From NCBI GenBank assembly GCA_038230375.1, contig JBBRNJ010000001.1:128001-192000 (forward strand): a stretch of DNA of 64,000 bases. The letters run 5' to 3'. This document shows positions 10,060-21,552 of this stretch, piece after piece (within the stretch, counting starts at the first letter, position 1; every line of letters starts with the position of its first letter). Position numbers and translations under genes: made by a program. A model generated the notes under the pieces. That model made no database searches. It was not told the origin of the DNA and saw nothing but the letters and a program-made list of their open reading frames with translations. This stretch comes from Polyangiales bacterium. Lineage in GTDB: Bacteria > Myxococcota_A > Polyangia > Polyangiales > Polyangiaceae.

Positions 10060-11213
10060 TTGGGCTTGGGTATCCGCTCGATCTTGGTGCCGGAAGACGA
10101 GCTTGCCTCCGTCACATAGACGTTGTCGGCGTCGAAGTGAATCTGGTCTGGCGTGTTGAGGCCGCACAGGATCGTCTCCACGGTGCCGCTGCCATCAAGC
10201 TTCTTCCGGCGCAGCTCCGCGACGTAGGAGCCCTTGCCCTGCTGCAGCGTGACCGCGTACCAGTAGGCAAATCCGCTGTCGATCGCGAGCGCGTGCGGCG
10301 TGGCCTGGTCGGCGGCGAACGTGGTGATGGCGCCACCAGGAGCGATCTGCTGGATGGCGTTCTGGTCTGCGGACGTGATGTAGACCGTGTCGTTCGATTC
10401 TGCGTACGCTTCGTTGTTGAGCGCCTGCCCCTCGATGAGCTTCTTCGGCGGCGTGTCGCACGGCGCGGTCTGACTGCACGCGTAGAGTGACTTCTTGGAG
10501 CCCGCCAGGTCCGAGGCGGCCATGAAGAAGACGCGCGAGGTGCCCATCACCATCGAGTAGGTGGTGAAGAAGCCGCTGCCCCAGAGCACCGGGCTCACGC
10601 ACGTAGGAAGCGTGCACTTGAGGAGCGTCGCAGCGCCCGGCACATTGGTGAAGTCGTTGTTCGGGTCGTCCGTGAAGAAGACCTGGCTCTCGTCCGCGGT
10701 CTCGCGAAGGTAGTTGGGATAGTTGAGCGTGCCGTTCACAGTCGTCTTCGCACCCGCGTCAGCAACCCACGCGATGCTCGTGATGGCGCCGTTCTTCGCG
10801 GGTCCCGCGTCGCCTTTGTCGCCGACGTCGGACCAGTAGATGTGCTTCGGCGTGATGTCCTCCGTCCACAGCGCGGGATCCGCAAGGACGTAGGGCGTGA
10901 TCGCGACGCAGCTCGACGGGTCGCACGACGCGACACTGGTGGAGCTGTTTGCGCTGCTGTACGTCTCGAAGAACAAGCGCCCACCTTGAACGAACACGCC
11001 GTAGAGCGTGTCTGTGGTGGAGTAGACGAGCGTGGGCTTCAGGCTGCACGCGCCGGAGTCTGAGGCGCCGTCCAGGTTTGCAGGGCCGTCGCTCGCACCG
11101 TCTGCGGCGCCAGGGACGTAGGTGAAGTCGTCGATGCCTGCGATCCCGCGGCACGACACGAGCACGCACAGCCCGGCCACGGCGACAGCACCAGCGACGC
11201 GCCGGCGATTCAA
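10056..11213 (-). CDS. Beta-propeller-like lipoprotein, function unknown
   Basis: Lipobox LVSC followed by RGIAGIDD; propeller-like blades (IYWSD, LAIDSGFAYW, IHFDADNVYV); TTG start overlaps the upstream stop. Confidence 0.75.
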   Translation of the reverse strand: MNRRRVAGAVAVAGLCVLVSCRGIAGIDDFTYVPGAADGASDGPANLDGASDSGACSLKPTLVYSTTDTLYGVFVQGGRLFFETYSSANSSTSVASCDPSSCVAITPYVLADPALWTEDITPKHIYWSDVGDKGDAGPAKNGAITSIAWVADAGAKTTVNGTLNYPNYLRETADESQVFFTDDPNNDFTNVPGAATLLKCTLPTCVSPVLWGSGFFTTYSMVMGTSRVFFMAASDLAGSKKSLYACSQTAPCDTPPKKLIEGQALNNEAYAESNDTVYITSADQNAIQQIAPGGAITTFAADQATPHALAIDSGFAYWYAVTLQQGKGSYVAELRRKKLDGSGTVETILCGLNTPDQIHFDADNVYVTEASSSSGTKIERIPKPK

Positions 11214-12221
11214 AACGCGCCCCCGATGCCTGCGGAGCCCGACTGCGGGCCGATGCCGAGCACGGGATGGAGCGTGGTCTGCCCTGTCTTCGCGCTCGCG
11301 GACGGTGAAGTGAGGACGAAGATGACGCCAGCAACGAGCGCCACGCCGCCGAGCGACATGGTGACGGTGGAGATGTCCGCGAACGTTCCGGCGGTGTGAT
11401 TGTTGTCCACGGCAGAACGGTCGCTGCACTGCGCCGTGGGGCAGTGGCTCTTCGCATCCGAGCCCTTGGAGATCGCGAGGGCACCGAAGATGCCGCCGAC
11501 CGCGAGCGAGCCGAGGCCCACGCCGCCCACGACGTAGCCCGTGGTGCGCAGGAGGCTTGGCTTTTCGTTGCCCTGCGTCTGTTCGGGCTTGTTCGGCTGG
11601 TCCGGGGGCGCAATGTACTCGTCCTCGAGCACGGGGATCTTCACCACCTGCGAGGACGCTGTGTGGTCGACGGTGAAGTCAGTCTCGAACGGCTTCTTGT
11701 GCGACGCCGTGACGACCACCTTGTGCACGCCCGGATCGATGGGCGCGTTCTCCCATGCTGCGCTGCCGACGGCGCCGTCGTCCTGCTTCACCTCGAGCCC
11801 GGCCAGGGCGCGCGTCTCCGGTGACAGCTCCAGCGTGACATGCGCGAGCTTCTTTTCGAGCTCGGCAGCGCGCTGCGCCGCGGCCTTCTCTCGATCCTTG
11901 CGTCCGTCGCGCCGCGCGAGCGTGGCCGCAGTGAGGTACGCGCTCCATGCGCTGGCGGTCTTTCCGAGCCCCGCGTAGCAGACGCCAAGAGCGAGGGCGG
12001 AGCCGCTGGACGCATCTTGTCGCAGGCTCTCCGCGAACTTCGGGCACGCGCGCGCGAAGTCCTTCTTGTCCATGAACGACTTACCTTCGCGGAAGAGGCT
12101 CTCCGCGAGGGCCGTGTTGCCCTCTGCATGCGCCACGCGCGGCATCAGCGTGCCGTGGCCGACGATCGCAAGACACACCGCGAGCAGACAGGTGCGGGGC
12201 CGAAGAGCGGAGCGCGCGGTG

Positions 12222-13931
<1,710 letters not shown>

Positions 13932-14085
13932 CTGGTGCGCTGTGGCGGGCTCATGTGGTCCGCGTGGCTCCGACTTCAAATGCTAGCAGTGCGTGGACGC
14001 CACCGAAAGATGTGGCACCACCAGCGCAAGGCACGCTGGTGTAGGGGGCCTGTCTCTGGACGCGCGCTTCAAGTGCGGTGCGCGC

Positions 14086-15372
14086 TCAGGCGGGCTTCTC
14101 GAGCACGAGGCAGGCGTTGTGGCCGCCGAACGCGAACGAGTTGGACATGGCAGCGCGCAGCTCCGTCTTGCGTGCGGTGTTGGGCACGTAGTCGAGCGGA
14201 CACGCAGGATCCGGCGTGGTGAGGTTCAGCGTGGGCGGGACAATGCCATGCTCGATCGCGAGCGCCGTTGCGATCACCTCCATCGCACCGGACGCGGCGA
14301 TCGCGTGCCCCGTGTGCGCTTTGATGGAGCTCACGAGCAAGCCGCGCTGCGCGTGCTCGAAGACCTTCACGATGCAGGCGGACTCGACCGAGTCGTTCCA
14401 CTTGGTGGCCGTGCCGTGCGCATTCACGTACCCCACGTCCGCGGGCTTGACGTTCGCCGAGGCGAGCGCGTTGCGCATCGCGCGCTCGATCTGCTTTCCG
14501 TCGGGGTCGAGCGGCACCATGCCGTAGGCGTCGCACGAGGTGCCATAACCGGAGAGGATCGCGTAGGGCTCCGCGCCACGCGCCCGTGCGGTCTCTTCGC
14601 GTTCGAGCACCAGCATGCCGGCGCCTTCACCAAGGACGAAGCCATCGCGATTGAGATCGAACGGACGACACGCGTGCGCCGGGTCGTCATTGCGACTGGA
14701 CATGACGCGGAGCAGATCGAAGCCGAGGAATCCGAAGAGCTCCGGATCGCTCAGGGGCGCCTCTGCGCCGCCGCAGATCGCCACGTCTGCCTCGCCGTCG
14801 CGGATCAAGCGGAATGCGTCGCCGATGGCCATGGTGCCCGCGGAGCATGCCGTGGAGATGGACTTGCACTCGCCCTTTGCGCCCGCCCAGATGGCGACGT
14901 TGGCGGCGATGGCGTTCGGGATGAGCATGGGCAGCGTGAAGCGGTGACAGTCGCTTCGCTTGTGCTCCTTCACCCACGCAGCACAGTTGGCGACAGCGGT
15001 GGGGAAGCCACCTTCGCCAGTGCCGACCACCACGGCGACGCGCTCAGGGTCCACGGCGGTGAGCTCCACGTGCGAGAGCGGGCCGTCCTTCTTCGGTGCG
15101 AGCCCGGCGTCCACCAGCGCCTCCATCGCGGCGGAGATGGCGAACTGCACGACGCGATCGGTGACGCGGCGCTCCTTCGGCGGGAGGATGTTCTCGTCGA
15201 AGGCGGTGACCTTGGCGCCGATGCGGCTGTAGAAGCGCTCTTCGCGCACGAGCTCGTGCTGGAGGGCGGCGACGCCGGTGCGACCTTCGATGAGCGAGGC
15301 CCAGAAGTCTTCGCGGCGGGTCCCGATGGAGGAGACCGTACCGACGCCCGTGATCCAAACGCGAGAGCCCAT
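14086..15372 (-). CDS. fabF: Beta-ketoacyl-ACP synthase II (FabF-like)
   Basis: TACSAG (catalytic Cys), NAHGTAT, KAHTGH, SNSFAFGGHNA, RPFDLNRDGFVLGEG. Confidence 0.88.
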   Translation of the reverse strand: MGSRVWITGVGTVSSIGTRREDFWASLIEGRTGVAALQHELVREERFYSRIGAKVTAFDENILPPKERRVTDRVVQFAISAAMEALVDAGLAPKKDGPLSHVELTAVDPERVAVVVGTGEGGFPTAVANCAAWVKEHKRSDCHRFTLPMLIPNAIAANVAIWAGAKGECKSISTACSAGTMAIGDAFRLIRDGEADVAICGGAEAPLSDPELFGFLGFDLLRVMSSRNDDPAHACRPFDLNRDGFVLGEGAGMLVLEREETARARGAEPYAILSGYGTSCDAYGMVPLDPDGKQIERAMRNALASANVKPADVGYVNAHGTATKWNDSVESACIVKVFEHAQRGLLVSSIKAHTGHAIAASGAMEVIATALAIEHGIVPPTLNLTTPDPACPLDYVPNTARKTELRAAMSNSFAFGGHNACLVLEKPA

Positions 15373-15409
15373 GATGGGGGGGACCTTAGCCGAAAAACCC
15401 GCCCGACAA

Positions 15410-16129
15410 CTACGTCAAAGGGCCACAGGCGCCGCGCAGGTCGACCGCGCAGGTGAGCACGGCATTGGCCTGGCAGCTGGTGTCGCAGGCGCGCTCTTCG
15501 TCGTCGCACTCGGAGATCGGCGGGCAGGTCTCCCAGCCCTCGAGCTCGCACTGGCGCGCGCAGGAGGTTCGGCGAACCTTGCACGTGCCCACGCAGACGT
15601 CGATCGCGCGATGGTTCTGCCCTCGTTGCACGTCGTCCGCCGCGGTCGAGGTGGTCTGCTGGGCGCCGGCAAGGAGGCTGCCGTCGAGATCGGAGCGGGT
15701 CACGCATGCGGACGCGACACCCTGCGCGCAGCCCATCTCCAGCATGTGGTCGATGTCCGCGCGCGCGGCCGCCTCCCCCTTCTTCTCGTGCGCCATCTCG
15801 GACCTGAGCAGGATCTTACAAGCGGCCGCGGACCCCAGCGCGCAGCCGTGCGTGATGAGCGGTCGGCCGGCGATCGGATCGTGCGACTCGGCCTCGATGC
15901 ACGCGTCGACCCAGTGAGCGACCTCGCATGCGCGACCGAGGAGCCTGAATGCGCGCTGCGGATCGGTGGACTGCACGGCGTGCGCCTCCATCACCAGCGG
16001 CATCGGGTCCATCACGGGAGTGGACGCGGGCACTGTCATGCCGCCGTGTGGGACGAACCGCGGCGGGCCGCCGCACGCAACGAGCACCACGGAGAAGGTC
16101 ACGGTCCCGACGATGGTTGCACGATGCAT
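15410..16129 (-). CDS. Cys-rich lipoprotein with Sel1-like repeats
   Basis: Lipobox LVAC; repeats GCALGSAAAC and GCAQGVASAC; Cys-rich helical tail. Confidence 0.6.
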   Translation of the reverse strand: MHRATIVGTVTFSVVLVACGGPPRFVPHGGMTVPASTPVMDPMPLVMEAHAVQSTDPQRAFRLLGRACEVAHWVDACIEAESHDPIAGRPLITHGCALGSAAACKILLRSEMAHEKKGEAAARADIDHMLEMGCAQGVASACVTRSDLDGSLLAGAQQTTSTAADDVQRGQNHRAIDVCVGTCKVRRTSCARQCELEGWETCPPISECDDEERACDTSCQANAVLTCAVDLRGACGPLT

Positions 16130-16188
16130 GGACTCCGTTGTCTCCCGTCCATGCAACGTGAAGAGACGGATCTATCTTCCGTGAACTT

Positions 16189-17388
16189 TCATTCAGGGGC
16201 CTCCGTGAAGGCTTTGATGGCCGCGCGGTCGGCGTCCGAGAGCACGTGACCCTGCGGCGGCATCTCCTTCTTCACGACGACGCGTTCATGAATGTTGGCC
16301 TTCTCCGCCCGCCAGCGGTCGAACGAGGAGAGGTTGACCCCCGACGAGCCCGACGGCAGGTGGCATGACGAACAGTTCCGCGCGAACACAGCCGACAGCG
16401 AATCGCGCCACGGATCGCTGGTCGGCGGCATGACGGCGCCGTTCGCCGATGCCGACGTAGCGGCCGAAGAGGAATAGCGAGTGAGCGCACCGCCGCCCAT
16501 CACCCACACGTCGCCGCGTGGCGAGGCCGAGAGCTCCGCGTCCCTGGGAATGTGGATGCCCGCCGTCTCGCGCACGTGCCCTTGGTCAACGATGCCGAGC
16601 TCCTCACCGTCGGCGAACCAGATGGTGTCGCCAGAGGCGGCAAGGCCGTGGAGCGTGTCGCCGTCTGCTGCGTAGAGCAGTGAGAGCGCGCCATCGGAGC
16701 CCATCGCGTACACGGCGTTGTTCGTGGTGACCACCACGTCCCCGCGCGGCGTGGACGCGACGTGGGTGACGCCAGGCAATGGATACTTGCGGCCTCCGTG
16801 GCTGGGCAGATCGAACAGGTACACGCCGCCGTCTTCCCTTCCCAGGAAGCCGGAGCCGTGAGGTGCGAGCTCCGTGAACCGCGGCGACAGGAACGACGTC
16901 ACGCGCCCGCCGTCGGCCAGGATGACGCCTTCGCGTGAAGCGAAGAGCACTGCGCCCGATGGCAGCCCCGTCACCACGGAGACTGGCTTTCCGCGCAGCC
17001 CGAAGAGATCCGACACGTCATCGAACGAGCGTTGCCCGCGGAGCACGTGCACGTCCCCCTTGCCGTCCACGCCCAGGATCTGAGGTTGCGCGCCAGGCGG
17101 CGCGAGAACGGCGGCGCTCTTCCAGCCGGTGACGGCCCGATCCGTCGCAACAGGTGTCTGCGACACGAGGACGGTGGCGCCGTCATCCGCGAAGACGCAG
17201 ACCACCTCGCCGGACTCCGCCACGGCGCGGACATGGCCGAGCGGCGCGCCGCCCGCGTTGAAGCTCACCTTGGTGACGGTGAGCTCGGAGACCGCCCCGC
17301 CCTTCTTCGAGTACGCGGCCGGCGCTCCGCACGCCACGAGAGCCGACGCGAGCACCAGCGCAACACAGACGTCATTCGTGCGGCTCAC
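16189..17388 (-). CDS. Beta-propeller-like lipoprotein with C-terminal c-type cytochrome domain
   Basis: Lipobox LVAC; CSSCH haem motif with downstream EMPP (likely Met distal ligand); GTGA overlap with the DUF1501 gene. Confidence 0.75.
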   Translation of the reverse strand: MSRTNDVCVALVLASALVACGAPAAYSKKGGAVSELTVTKVSFNAGGAPLGHVRAVAESGEVVCVFADDGATVLVSQTPVATDRAVTGWKSAAVLAPPGAQPQILGVDGKGDVHVLRGQRSFDDVSDLFGLRGKPVSVVTGLPSGAVLFASREGVILADGGRVTSFLSPRFTELAPHGSGFLGREDGGVYLFDLPSHGGRKYPLPGVTHVASTPRGDVVVTTNNAVYAMGSDGALSLLYAADGDTLHGLAASGDTIWFADGEELGIVDQGHVRETAGIHIPRDAELSASPRGDVWVMGGGALTRYSSSAATSASANGAVMPPTSDPWRDSLSAVFARNCSSCHLPSGSSGVNLSSFDRWRAEKANIHERVVVKKEMPPQGHVLSDADRAAIKAFTEAPE

Positions 17389-18755
17389 GAGGCCAGGAGC
17401 TCCGGCACGACCTCGCCGTCGCGAAGGTAGACGCGCGGGTTCACACCAAACGCGTGCACGAACGTCGCGAGCAGATCGGGCGGGGAGATCGCGCGCTCAC
17501 CATCCGCGAACTTCTTTGCGGGCGCGGGCAGCAGCTGCTCGGTGTCTGTCTTGCCGAACGAGAAATTGCGCCGAAAACGCGGGGAAATGATGAGCGACGA
17601 GTTGTTCGGATAGTGGTCGCGCCCGCCGCCAAGGTTGATCTGCGGGGTCCTGCAGAAGTCACTCATGACCATGATGTGCGTGTGATCGGACAGCTTCTTG
17701 CCCGTCTTCGTGGGGTGCGGCGCCGCGTCCAGGAGCTTCAGCGTGTCGGCGATGAGCCCGAACGTCTCTTGCTGCAGCTGCGCCTGCGTGCGGTAGTTGT
17801 TGCCGTGCGTGTCGAAGCCGCTGATGGCGAAGCTCACGGAGCGGACCAGGTTCTTCTTCATGGCCTCCACCGCGAACGCAGCGTTGATCGCAGAGCCACC
17901 AGCGAAGCGCGCCTTGTAGTCGAGGTCAGGGTGGTTCTTCCTGAGCGCCTCGGCGCTGAAGACCTCCAGCAGGTTGCCACCGAGCATGCGCCGCAGCGCC
18001 TGGTACTGCAGGTCCATGCCGCGCATGGTGTCGGGGTAAGCCGAGCGCGACGCGAGATCGTTCGCCTCCTCGGAGAGCATGGCCGTGACGCGATCGCGGG
18101 TCTGCGCGGGCTCGAACATCTGCGCGCGCGTGAGCGTTCGACTGATGGTGCCCACGTCCGCGAGTATGAGCGGCACGACGCGCCGGTCCAGATTTTCACC
18201 CACGAACGACGACGGGAAGCGCACGGACACCGCTGGCAACAGCTGCTCCTTGCCCATCTCGTTCGCGACCATCGTGTCTATGCTGGACGCCGCGACACGA
18301 CCGCCTTGTAGATGACGGCCCGTGGCGGAGTACGCCTGGCCATCTGGATGCGCGACGGTGTTCATGGAGAGGCCGTTCACGAGCGTGAGTCGATCGCCCA
18401 TCTCCGCGAGCGCGCCGATGCCTGGACCGAAGACCAGCTTGTCGCCCTTTGCGCGCACCAGCTGGAAGCTCTTGCCGCCGTTCGCCAGCGGCGCGTCGAC
18501 CCACTTCTTCAGCGGCGCCGTGTCCGTGTTGTCCGTGGAGGCGGGGTTGATGATGCCCACGCTCTCGTTGCGCGGATCCGCCCAGAGGGTGACGTCCCAG
18601 CCGCCGGCCGCGATGATGAAGAGGAAGAACTCACCGTCGTTGCCGCCTGCGGAGAGCGCCGCGACGTCTGCCCATGCCCGCTTCGTGCGGCCAAGGGACG
18701 CAGTGGCGAGCGCCGTTGCGCCGAGGACCTTCAAGAATGTTCTGCGGGTGGTCAT
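17385..18755 (-). CDS. DUF1501 family protein, Tat-exported
   Basis: MTTRRTFLK; GGWD, GFDTH, SDFCRTP and GGRDH motifs. Confidence 0.85.
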   Translation of the reverse strand: MTTRRTFLKVLGATALATASLGRTKRAWADVAALSAGGNDGEFFLFIIAAGGWDVTLWADPRNESVGIINPASTDNTDTAPLKKWVDAPLANGGKSFQLVRAKGDKLVFGPGIGALAEMGDRLTLVNGLSMNTVAHPDGQAYSATGRHLQGGRVAASSIDTMVANEMGKEQLLPAVSVRFPSSFVGENLDRRVVPLILADVGTISRTLTRAQMFEPAQTRDRVTAMLSEEANDLASRSAYPDTMRGMDLQYQALRRMLGGNLLEVFSAEALRKNHPDLDYKARFAGGSAINAAFAVEAMKKNLVRSVSFAISGFDTHGNNYRTQAQLQQETFGLIADTLKLLDAAPHPTKTGKKLSDHTHIMVMSDFCRTPQINLGGGRDHYPNNSSLIISPRFRRNFSFGKTDTEQLLPAPAKKFADGERAISPPDLLATFVHAFGVNPRVYLRDGEVVPELLAS

Positions 18756-18765
18756 GACATCCTCT

Positions 18766-19503
18766 TCAGTACAGGTGGAACTCTGGGTGACGTACCAGGG
18801 CGTAGCAAACGGCGGCCCAGCCTTCTTCCTCGGGCGCGAAGCGGAGCTTCTGTCCGGCCTTGAGGGCGTTCGCCTGCTCCTTCACGATATCCGTGTAGAG
18901 TGCATAGAATCGCTTCGAGCGACCGTCGGGGCCGAGGCGTGCTGGGTAGCCCAGGAAGGTCCGATGAAGCACGTCGTAGCGGGGCAGGAACTCCGGCTCG
19001 GGTAGCGTGCTGCCCTTCGGAACGTCGAACGCGAAGATCACGCGCGAGGCGACGGGCACTGGGATCTTGCTCTTCAGATCGTGCTCCACGGCGCGGTCGC
19101 AGAGCGCCACGCCCAGGCGCTCGAACGTGGCGACCATCAATGCGTTCGTCTGCGTCTGACGGGGGATGTCCACGTGGTAGTCCGGAAATCCGAGCGACGC
19201 GATGTAGTCGTTCCACGAGTCGAAGACGTTGGCACCATCACCGCCGCGCGCCTTCTTCTGCGCGTCCAGCGGGGACAGTCCGCCGAAGAGCGTGAGGTAC
19301 GTGCGCATGTACACCTCTGGAGGGACCATGCGCGGCGGCTCCTTGTGGGACGTGTCCTGGAGCACGGTGTCCTGCGGAACCAGATCCGCCGCCTGCGCAG
19401 CCTGCACCTTCAGCGGGAGCTCCCTGCCGCAGCCGCCAACAACAACGGAGAGCGTGGAGGCAACCACGAACGCGAGCGGCGAGACCCTGGACGCGCGGCT
19501 CAA
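18766..19503 (-). CDS. Hypothetical lipoprotein partner of the DUF1501 module
   Basis: Lipobox VGGC; C-terminal WAAVCYALVRHPEFHLY like DUF1553-type tails; TTG start overlaps the upstream TGA. Confidence 0.7.
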   Translation of the reverse strand: MSRASRVSPLAFVVASTLSVVVGGCGRELPLKVQAAQAADLVPQDTVLQDTSHKEPPRMVPPEVYMRTYLTLFGGLSPLDAQKKARGGDGANVFDSWNDYIASLGFPDYHVDIPRQTQTNALMVATFERLGVALCDRAVEHDLKSKIPVPVASRVIFAFDVPKGSTLPEPEFLPRYDVLHRTFLGYPARLGPDGRSKRFYALYTDIVKEQANALKAGQKLRFAPEEEGWAAVCYALVRHPEFHLY

Positions 19504-21542
19504 TGCGCACCTCCCATGCTGCCGCCGTGCACGTTCTCCACGGGGGGCGGGCCCTTCGGTGCGCCTGCTCCGCCGTCCGTTCCGCCACGCCATGCATCGC
19601 CGCTCAGGTTGTTGGAGCGACGGTACTCCGGCGTGCGCATGATCTCTGCCACCAGCACGCGCATCTTGTAGCCGTGCTTCGTGAAGTCCTGCGTGAGCTC
19701 CGCGAGCATGGGCGCGTCATCCGGCGTGGTCTGCCTGCCAAGGAAAGACGACGTCACGCGCGAAACGGCGCACGACGCAAACTCCGGGCTCTCCGCGATC
19801 TCGTGGGCCGCGCCCGCGGGTGTCGCGTCGGCGTGGGCCGGCGAGCCGTAGGCGCTGCGAAGCGTGGCGCTGGTGTTGTCGGCGAACGCGGGATCGTAGA
19901 GCGCGGTGCAGGACCCGCTCATCTTGCCGTTCTTGTCCTTCTTGCACACTGCGTTCTGCACCGGGAACTGCGTCTGCGGCAGGAACACGAAGCTGCCCGG
20001 CTCCACGCGGGCGAAGTACGCCGCGAGCGGCTCCAGCGTCGCGTGACAGGTGGAGCAGCCAGGCCGCTTCATGAGGTTTGGCTCCGTGGACGGTGTGAGC
20101 TGCGCGGAGCTGTCTGCCACGAACGACTTGCAGAGGAACGCGTTGTAGAGGAGCGCGCCGCGAGCCCGCGCAGACGCGTACTTCTCCAGGAACATGGGCA
20201 TGGTGAGGATGCCCGCGGCGTGCGGCCCGCGATCGGGGACGAGGCGCCACGTGCCCGTGTCGTGTGGGCGGAGATCCGCGGGGACCTTGTGCGGGTCGAA
20301 GAGCGGCTCGCCCTCTTCCGTCATGCCGAACCCGGTCTCGGGTCCGCAGCAGTTGCCGCGCTGCACGCTTCCGTAGAACTGCGCGAGTGGTCCGTTCACG
20401 AACGTGTGGCGGCCAGTGAGGATCTCGCGGAAGTCACGGTCCTCGCCGAAGAGATCTTCCAGGAACGCGAGCGCCTCGCGCGCCCACCAGTGCGGGAACC
20501 AGCGTTGCGCCTGCTGTCGTACGCTGTCGATGGGCTCCTGCGGGCCGAGCGGCGTGTGATTCGGGAAGTAGAACGCCGCAGGCCCGTTCTGATCACTGTC
20601 GCCGGGGACGCAGCGCGAGAGCCCTTTCCCGCAGCCGCAATCCGCAGCGCTCGTGAGCGCGAGCTTGCTGGCGCAGCCCACGGGCTCGCCCTTGTGCTTC
20701 TGCGCGTAGCCAGAGTCGAGCACGAGCGGGCGCACGCGGCTGCCCGGCAGCTTCGGCGGTTGCTTCGTCTTGCCGGTGGCGAGGATGTGTCCGTTCTCCG
20801 CTTCCTGCGCCTCTTCGCGGCACACGCGGATCTGGATGACCGGTTTGCCGTCGGCTCCACTGACCAGCGCTTCGACCGGTCTGTACTCCGGATCGGCGTC
20901 GTTCCACGTGGCCTGGTAGCGCCGCTCTGGTGTCGGTGCGTCGTAGTCCTTGTAGAGCCACCACGGCTTCACGAGCACGGTCGCGTCGTCGAGCGCCTTC
21001 TTCGGCACTGGCTTCTTCGAGTCGGCGTCGTTGATGCGCATGCGCGGACGGATCGGCACGCCCGTCTCTGCGGGGCTCAGGCAGAATTCGCCGTCCACCT
21101 CCTCGCGCGCGCGCCGCTGCCCTTCGCGGTAGTAGATCCACTCGGGCTTGCCGTCGGGGCCGATGATCTCGTGGCGGAGCAGCTGCGCGGGCGTGGTGGC
21201 AAAGTTGGCGTTCGGCTCCAGGCGCAGCAGGTCCATGTAGATGCGCGTGAGCCGCTCCGAGTAGCCGGGCCCGATCAGGTGGGCGCGCACGAACGCGTCG
21301 TAGTCGAACTCCGGACTCTCGAAAGCAGCGAGCTCGTCACGCGTGGGCATGCGCCCCGTCAGATCGATCGTGGCTATACGAAAGTGCCTGTAGTCATCCA
21401 AGGTCTTCTCACGAGGAGGCGCAGCTTTGGCAGGCGCTGGCGCTGGTGGCGGCGCGCTCTCTGCCTGGCGCGCGAGTGAAAGCGCGAGGAGCGCGGATAG
21501 ACACATGCACGTGAGAAGGACGCGGGTGGCTCTCTGTTTCAA
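19500..21542 (-). CDS. DUF1549/DUF1588/DUF1585-like (PSCyt-type) exported protein with CxxCH
   Basis: RIATIDLTGRMPT, AGILTMPMFL, RARG...FLC, CSTCHATLEPLA, FASCAV...FLGR; TTG start with GGAG upstream. Confidence 0.75.
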   Translation of the reverse strand: MKQRATRVLLTCMCLSALLALSLARQAESAPPPAPAPAKAAPPREKTLDDYRHFRIATIDLTGRMPTRDELAAFESPEFDYDAFVRAHLIGPGYSERLTRIYMDLLRLEPNANFATTPAQLLRHEIIGPDGKPEWIYYREGQRRAREEVDGEFCLSPAETGVPIRPRMRINDADSKKPVPKKALDDATVLVKPWWLYKDYDAPTPERRYQATWNDADPEYRPVEALVSGADGKPVIQIRVCREEAQEAENGHILATGKTKQPPKLPGSRVRPLVLDSGYAQKHKGEPVGCASKLALTSAADCGCGKGLSRCVPGDSDQNGPAAFYFPNHTPLGPQEPIDSVRQQAQRWFPHWWAREALAFLEDLFGEDRDFREILTGRHTFVNGPLAQFYGSVQRGNCCGPETGFGMTEEGEPLFDPHKVPADLRPHDTGTWRLVPDRGPHAAGILTMPMFLEKYASARARGALLYNAFLCKSFVADSSAQLTPSTEPNLMKRPGCSTCHATLEPLAAYFARVEPGSFVFLPQTQFPVQNAVCKKDKNGKMSGSCTALYDPAFADNTSATLRSAYGSPAHADATPAGAAHEIAESPEFASCAVSRVTSSFLGRQTTPDDAPMLAELTQDFTKHGYKMRVLVAEIMRTPEYRRSNNLSGDAWRGGTDGGAGAPKGPPPVENVHGGSMGGAH

Positions 21543-21552
21543 GGACGCTCCA

